Shown here piece by piece: positions 60,688 through 64,000 of a DNA stretch of 64,000 nucleotides. Both the position numbers and the translations under genes were made by a program. Within the stretch, counting starts at the first letter, position 1. The number at the start of each line of letters is the position of its first letter. Origin of the DNA: an uncultured virus (IMG/VR IMGVR_UViG_3300029953_000002) (lineage: Duplodnaviria; Heunggongvirae; Uroviricota; Caudoviricetes); the IMG/VR virus record IMGVR_UViG_3300029953_000002. One strand, 5' to 3'. Under the pieces are notes generated by a model, which was not told where the DNA came from, made no database searches, and saw only the letters and a program-made list of their open reading frames with translations.

Positions 60688-61185
60688 CTATCTGATTAAT
60701 CCGTGTTTTGTTAACCACTCAACAAACTCCGGGTGTTTAGTAATAAGGTCAATATTAGTTTTAATGCTCAAGCTTGCAAGACGTATATCCCCACTGCTGA
60801 TGAATGCGTATAGTTCATCCAAACACAATCGAACGTTTTTGTCTGTCTTTACGTCCTTTATCAGTTGAGAAAACTGCGTACCCTTTATGGCATAAACACG
60901 CGCCAGTTTATTATGGTACTCTTTTCTCATTTCATCCGACGCAGTATAAAGATTAATATCGTCGTCAGTGTTATAGCCTGTATTGAGATCAGATCCACAA
61001 CCAAGAAGAACGTCTGCGCTATTAAGACTGTCTAACTCAATGACTGGTGAAGATAGACTATTAGCTCCACCTACCCAGACTTCTGATGGTTCGCCTTTAA
61101 CTGTAGTCTCAGGCCAATCTTTGAGTATTTCTTTCAGCTTAGTTATGGTTAAACAACCGCCGAACTCTGAAGTAGTTAAATGCAT
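60688..61185 (-). CDS. Hypothetical protein
   Basis: 165 aa; AGGA RBS. Confidence 0.5.
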   Translation of the reverse strand: MHLTTSEFGGCLTITKLKEILKDWPETTVKGEPSEVWVGGANSLSSPVIELDSLNSADVLLGCGSDLNTGYNTDDDINLYTASDEMRKEYHNKLARVYAIKGTQFSQLIKDVKTDKNVRLCLDELYAFISSGDIRLASLSIKTNIDLITKHPEFVEWLTKHGLIR

Positions 61186-61213
61186 GTCATTTTCCTATGC
61201 GCGTAAACGTATA

Positions 61214-61417
61214 TTACAATTTATCATCAGCGTTTGATAACCAGTGTTCGTAGCCGCCGAAACCAAAATGTTCCTGCGATAAAACTCCTGCACTATTACT
61301 TACTTTAAACTTGATTTTATTTTTCTCAAGTAAGTTTGCAATTTCTGAAACTGTAGGCCCGTCACAGGCGGTTTCGGCGACATTGTCTGTTCCTTTAAAT
61401 CGAATGATGTACAGCAT
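61214..61417 (-). CDS. Hypothetical protein
   Basis: AGGAG RBS; 67 aa. Confidence 0.5.
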   Translation of the reverse strand: MLYIIRFKGTDNVAETACDGPTVSEIANLLEKNKIKFKVSNSAGVLSQEHFGFGGYEHWLSNADDKL

Positions 61418-61426
61418 GTTGATCTC

Positions 61427-61825
61427 CTAATCGTCGTATTCGTAATTGTCGTATTTGCGGTAAGATTCAAGCTCTTCATCCGCACGTTGATTTTGTTTCT
61501 GGCGACACGCAGGGCACACATCGTAAACTGGACCGTCCGTTCCTTCATACAAGTCTCTAACCGGAGCGCAACTTACAGATTGTTTCTTGCACCAATCGCA
61601 TGTTTTCGGAACAAGACGATAAGCTTCTTCTTCCGCTTTCATCTTGGCCAGACAAGACTGACAATAGTCGTTGTATTCCGCCGAGAATGAATCTGTTTCA
61701 CCCTGTATACGGGACACTGCTAGCTTTTCGCATTCGCAGTTATATCCATCACACATCGTTCCGACCGGCAACGGATGATGACTACCGGGCAAAGTTGATA
61801 CAGGGCCTTTTGAACAATCACACAT
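61427..61825 (-). CDS. Cys-rich (Zn-binding) early protein
   Basis: Several CxxC pairs; first gene after promoter copy 3. Confidence 0.6.
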   Translation of the reverse strand: MCDCSKGPVSTLPGSHHPLPVGTMCDGYNCECEKLAVSRIQGETDSFSAEYNDYCQSCLAKMKAEEEAYRLVPKTCDWCKKQSVSCAPVRDLYEGTDGPVYDVCPACRQKQNQRADEELESYRKYDNYEYDD

Positions 61826-61869
61826 TGTATTCTCCTAAAGTTAAATAACAAAAATTTATTTAATACATT

Positions 61870-61904
61870 TCACATACGTTATATATGTCTGAAATATTCT
61901 ACAT
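61870..61904 (-). promoter_or_regulatory. Repeated putative early promoter, copy 3
   Basis: tcacatacgttatatatgtctgaaatattctacat. Confidence 0.75.
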
Positions 61905-61910
61905 TCAGGG

Positions 61911-61940
61911 CATATAGCTGGGAATGTACCCAGCTATATG
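61911..61940. terminator. Hairpin terminator
   Basis: catatagctggg-aatgta-cccagctatatg. Confidence 0.7.
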
Positions 61941-61941
61941 T

Positions 61942-63138
61942 TTATCGATAATCTTTTACCGTTTCATAAAGAACATCTAATTCGTTTTCAAAATTCACCC
62001 ATCTAGCTAAAGATGTTTTATAGATTGGTTGACGTACTTGTGAGAAACTACTAGTCTTTACAATTCGATCGTTATTATAAAATTCCAAACATTTTTTATC
62101 CCACGGCACACCAATATATTCTAATAAACGACGTGCTTCTTTTTCTGTATCAATCACTATGTTTTCGTAACTTACTTCATGTACAGTACCGGGTGGTAAT
62201 ATAGATTCCCAATGTTTCATGTGTTTACGATAACGAACATAGAAACGACCTAACTCACCTTGATCGTAAGAAAAAGGTACATTGCGATCTTTAAACAATC
62301 TCGTATAGCAAGAGAAGCATGAATCCATTGGATCTCTTGTAGCGTGAATAAATTTCGCATTTGGAAACATCAAATACATAATGCCTAAATAGAAACTATT
62401 AGCTGGCATTTTATCGACAAGGTATTTTGTATTTGGAGCTACTTCCCACGCTTCGTTAATATAGTTTTCACCGATTAATCTAAATGTCTCTGGAGTGAAA
62501 TCTAATACACTTTGTGGAAAGTATTTTGCAAATGATTTTTCTGGTAATTGATCAATTATTGTTTTACTCACAAGCGCTAATTCACCTGCTCCATGAATGC
62601 TTGGAACAGTATCTAAAATTTGTTCAATTAACGTAGTACCTGAACGTGGCATTCCCATAATAAAAATTGGTACTCGCTCTTCATTACTTATTGGTCTACT
62701 ACGTTTACTCATCCATTCTTTAGTGAATCCTTTTATTGTTCTTTTCAACAATAAATCTTCTGAGAAATCACTCCAGTTAACTTTTGTACGCGTTATGTTA
62801 TTGCCGTTTGTATACGCTTCAAATGCGCCTGTGTAATTACCTGTGTCTTCTCGCATCTTACCAAGTGTAAACCAAAATTTTTCATGCAGTGGTGCTGGTA
62901 AACCGGATATCTTTGATACTCGATCTTCCAACATCTGTACATGCGGATCATCTTTTTTATAAGAACGAAGTAATGAGATGCCGTAGTGCGCTTGAACGAA
63001 ACCAGGTTCTCTAGCTACGACATCGCTGTATGCAGAAATAGCCTCATCTAATTTTCCTTGATCTAATAACATATTACCGTAGTTAAATAGATCGTCAAGT
63101 GTTTCCCCAACAAACGATGGGCACGCAACATCACTCAT
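61942..63138 (-). CDS. TPR-containing sulfotransferase
   Basis: N-terminal TPR; PAPS-binding IFIMGMPRSGTTLIEQIL; DKMPAN, RDPMDSCFSCY, SYENIV, QVRQPIY motifs. Confidence 0.85.
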   Translation of the reverse strand: MSDVACPSFVGETLDDLFNYGNMLLDQGKLDEAISAYSDVVAREPGFVQAHYGISLLRSYKKDDPHVQMLEDRVSKISGLPAPLHEKFWFTLGKMREDTGNYTGAFEAYTNGNNITRTKVNWSDFSEDLLLKRTIKGFTKEWMSKRSRPISNEERVPIFIMGMPRSGTTLIEQILDTVPSIHGAGELALVSKTIIDQLPEKSFAKYFPQSVLDFTPETFRLIGENYINEAWEVAPNTKYLVDKMPANSFYLGIMYLMFPNAKFIHATRDPMDSCFSCYTRLFKDRNVPFSYDQGELGRFYVRYRKHMKHWESILPPGTVHEVSYENIVIDTEKEARRLLEYIGVPWDKKCLEFYNNDRIVKTSSFSQVRQPIYKTSLARWVNFENELDVLYETVKDYR

Positions 63139-63208
63139 TTAATTTCCTTAAAAAAAAAAATAACTGTTAGCTTACGAAAAAAAAATGTAAGCTAACATAA
63201 AACTATTA

Positions 63209-63883
63209 TTAACTAGCGGCAACAGGAGCCTGCGGTGTAAAAGTACTCTGCATATTTAATTCTGGAACACCAATCAATTTGCCATCCTGATCAAGATGAT
63301 GCACGATAGCACCAGTATGGTGAATTACAACAATGGCTTTTGGACCAAAACCTGGGCCAAACATAACTGGTTGTTTTAGAGTGCCGTTTGAGTCCATTCC
63401 AGCAAACACATTCAGTGGTAACGTACCCGCAGCCCAACCACTTAACACATTAAGTGTGTCGATTGCATTAGCTGTAATAAAATAACGAAGATCTTTTTTG
63501 ACTTCGTTTTTATTTTTATTATCAGTAGGTGGATTTAAAATATCTTTTAGTTTATTCTCATCATCTTGAATAACGATCGACATTTCCGTAAAAGGAATGA
63601 CGTTATGTCGAGCAGCGACTGGTGTTGGAGCCGGAGCAATGGCTGATACAATTTGAGATGGGACTGGCGTGTCTAGAACTGCCACAGGAGCTTCTACAAT
63701 AGGAGTCACTGGTGTTGTATCAACTGTATCTTGCGTGGCTGTAGACACGTTTCCTTCATTAGTATCAACAACTGTTCCTACTGCCGGGTCGGTTGTATTT
63801 GTTGTAGACACTTCAGGCAGAACTGGGTTATCTGCTGCTGTAGTAGTTTGACCAGACGGGAAAACTGTATTAGTAATAGACAT
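63209..63883 (-). CDS. Hypothetical protein with Thr/Pro-rich N-terminus
   Basis: 224 aa; AAGGA RBS. Confidence 0.55.
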   Translation of the reverse strand: MSITNTVFPSGQTTTAADNPVLPEVSTTNTTDPAVGTVVDTNEGNVSTATQDTVDTTPVTPIVEAPVAVLDTPVPSQIVSAIAPAPTPVAARHNVIPFTEMSIVIQDDENKLKDILNPPTDNKNKNEVKKDLRYFITANAIDTLNVLSGWAAGTLPLNVFAGMDSNGTLKQPVMFGPGFGPKAIVVIHHTGAIVHHLDQDGKLIGVPELNMQSTFTPQAPVAAS

Positions 63884-64000
63884 TTCTTTTTCCTTTATAT
63901 TGAATAATTTACACGGTTAAATTTTAGTGAGTTACTTCATAAACAAAGTTAACCGTGTAAATTTTATTTCATTTCGATAATTTCTAACACAGTAGTGATT

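Noticed and set aside
1..64000. tRNA or rRNA genes
   Set aside because: No cloverleaf or rRNA-like segment was recognised in the short intergenic regions; tRNAscan was not run.

Overview
This is an AT-rich 64 kb segment of a phiKZ-like (Chimalliviridae-type) jumbo phage genome. 1-10 kb holds a GT9-like glycosyltransferase and a cluster of Thr/Ala/Gly-rich tail-fibre-like genes, one of them broken at a G10 tract. 10-33.4 kb is a conserved virion block of baseplate/tail genes and inner-head paralogs carrying A/S-x-E prohead-protease motifs; its order resembles phiKZ gp84-gp101 (recalled from synteny, not searched). 33.5-36.9 kb is a family-B DNA polymerase N-terminal subunit interrupted just before motif A by a group I intron whose HNH gene sits in the P1 loop. 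37-47.5 kb and 57.5-62 kb are early/accessory genes behind a repeated promoter motif, many with nonsense or frameshift lesions. 51-56 kb holds a virion RNAP beta'-like subunit and conserved neighbours. The main finding is at 45.2-46.8 kb: a strict 36-nt-period dual-repeat/dual-9-nt-spacer array directly upstream of a Nop/IS110-Tnp-like protein with no RuvC domain. This is a TIGR-Tas (TasA-like) RNA-guided system in its own promoter-to-terminator unit. All product calls come from motif recognition by eye; no database searches were run.
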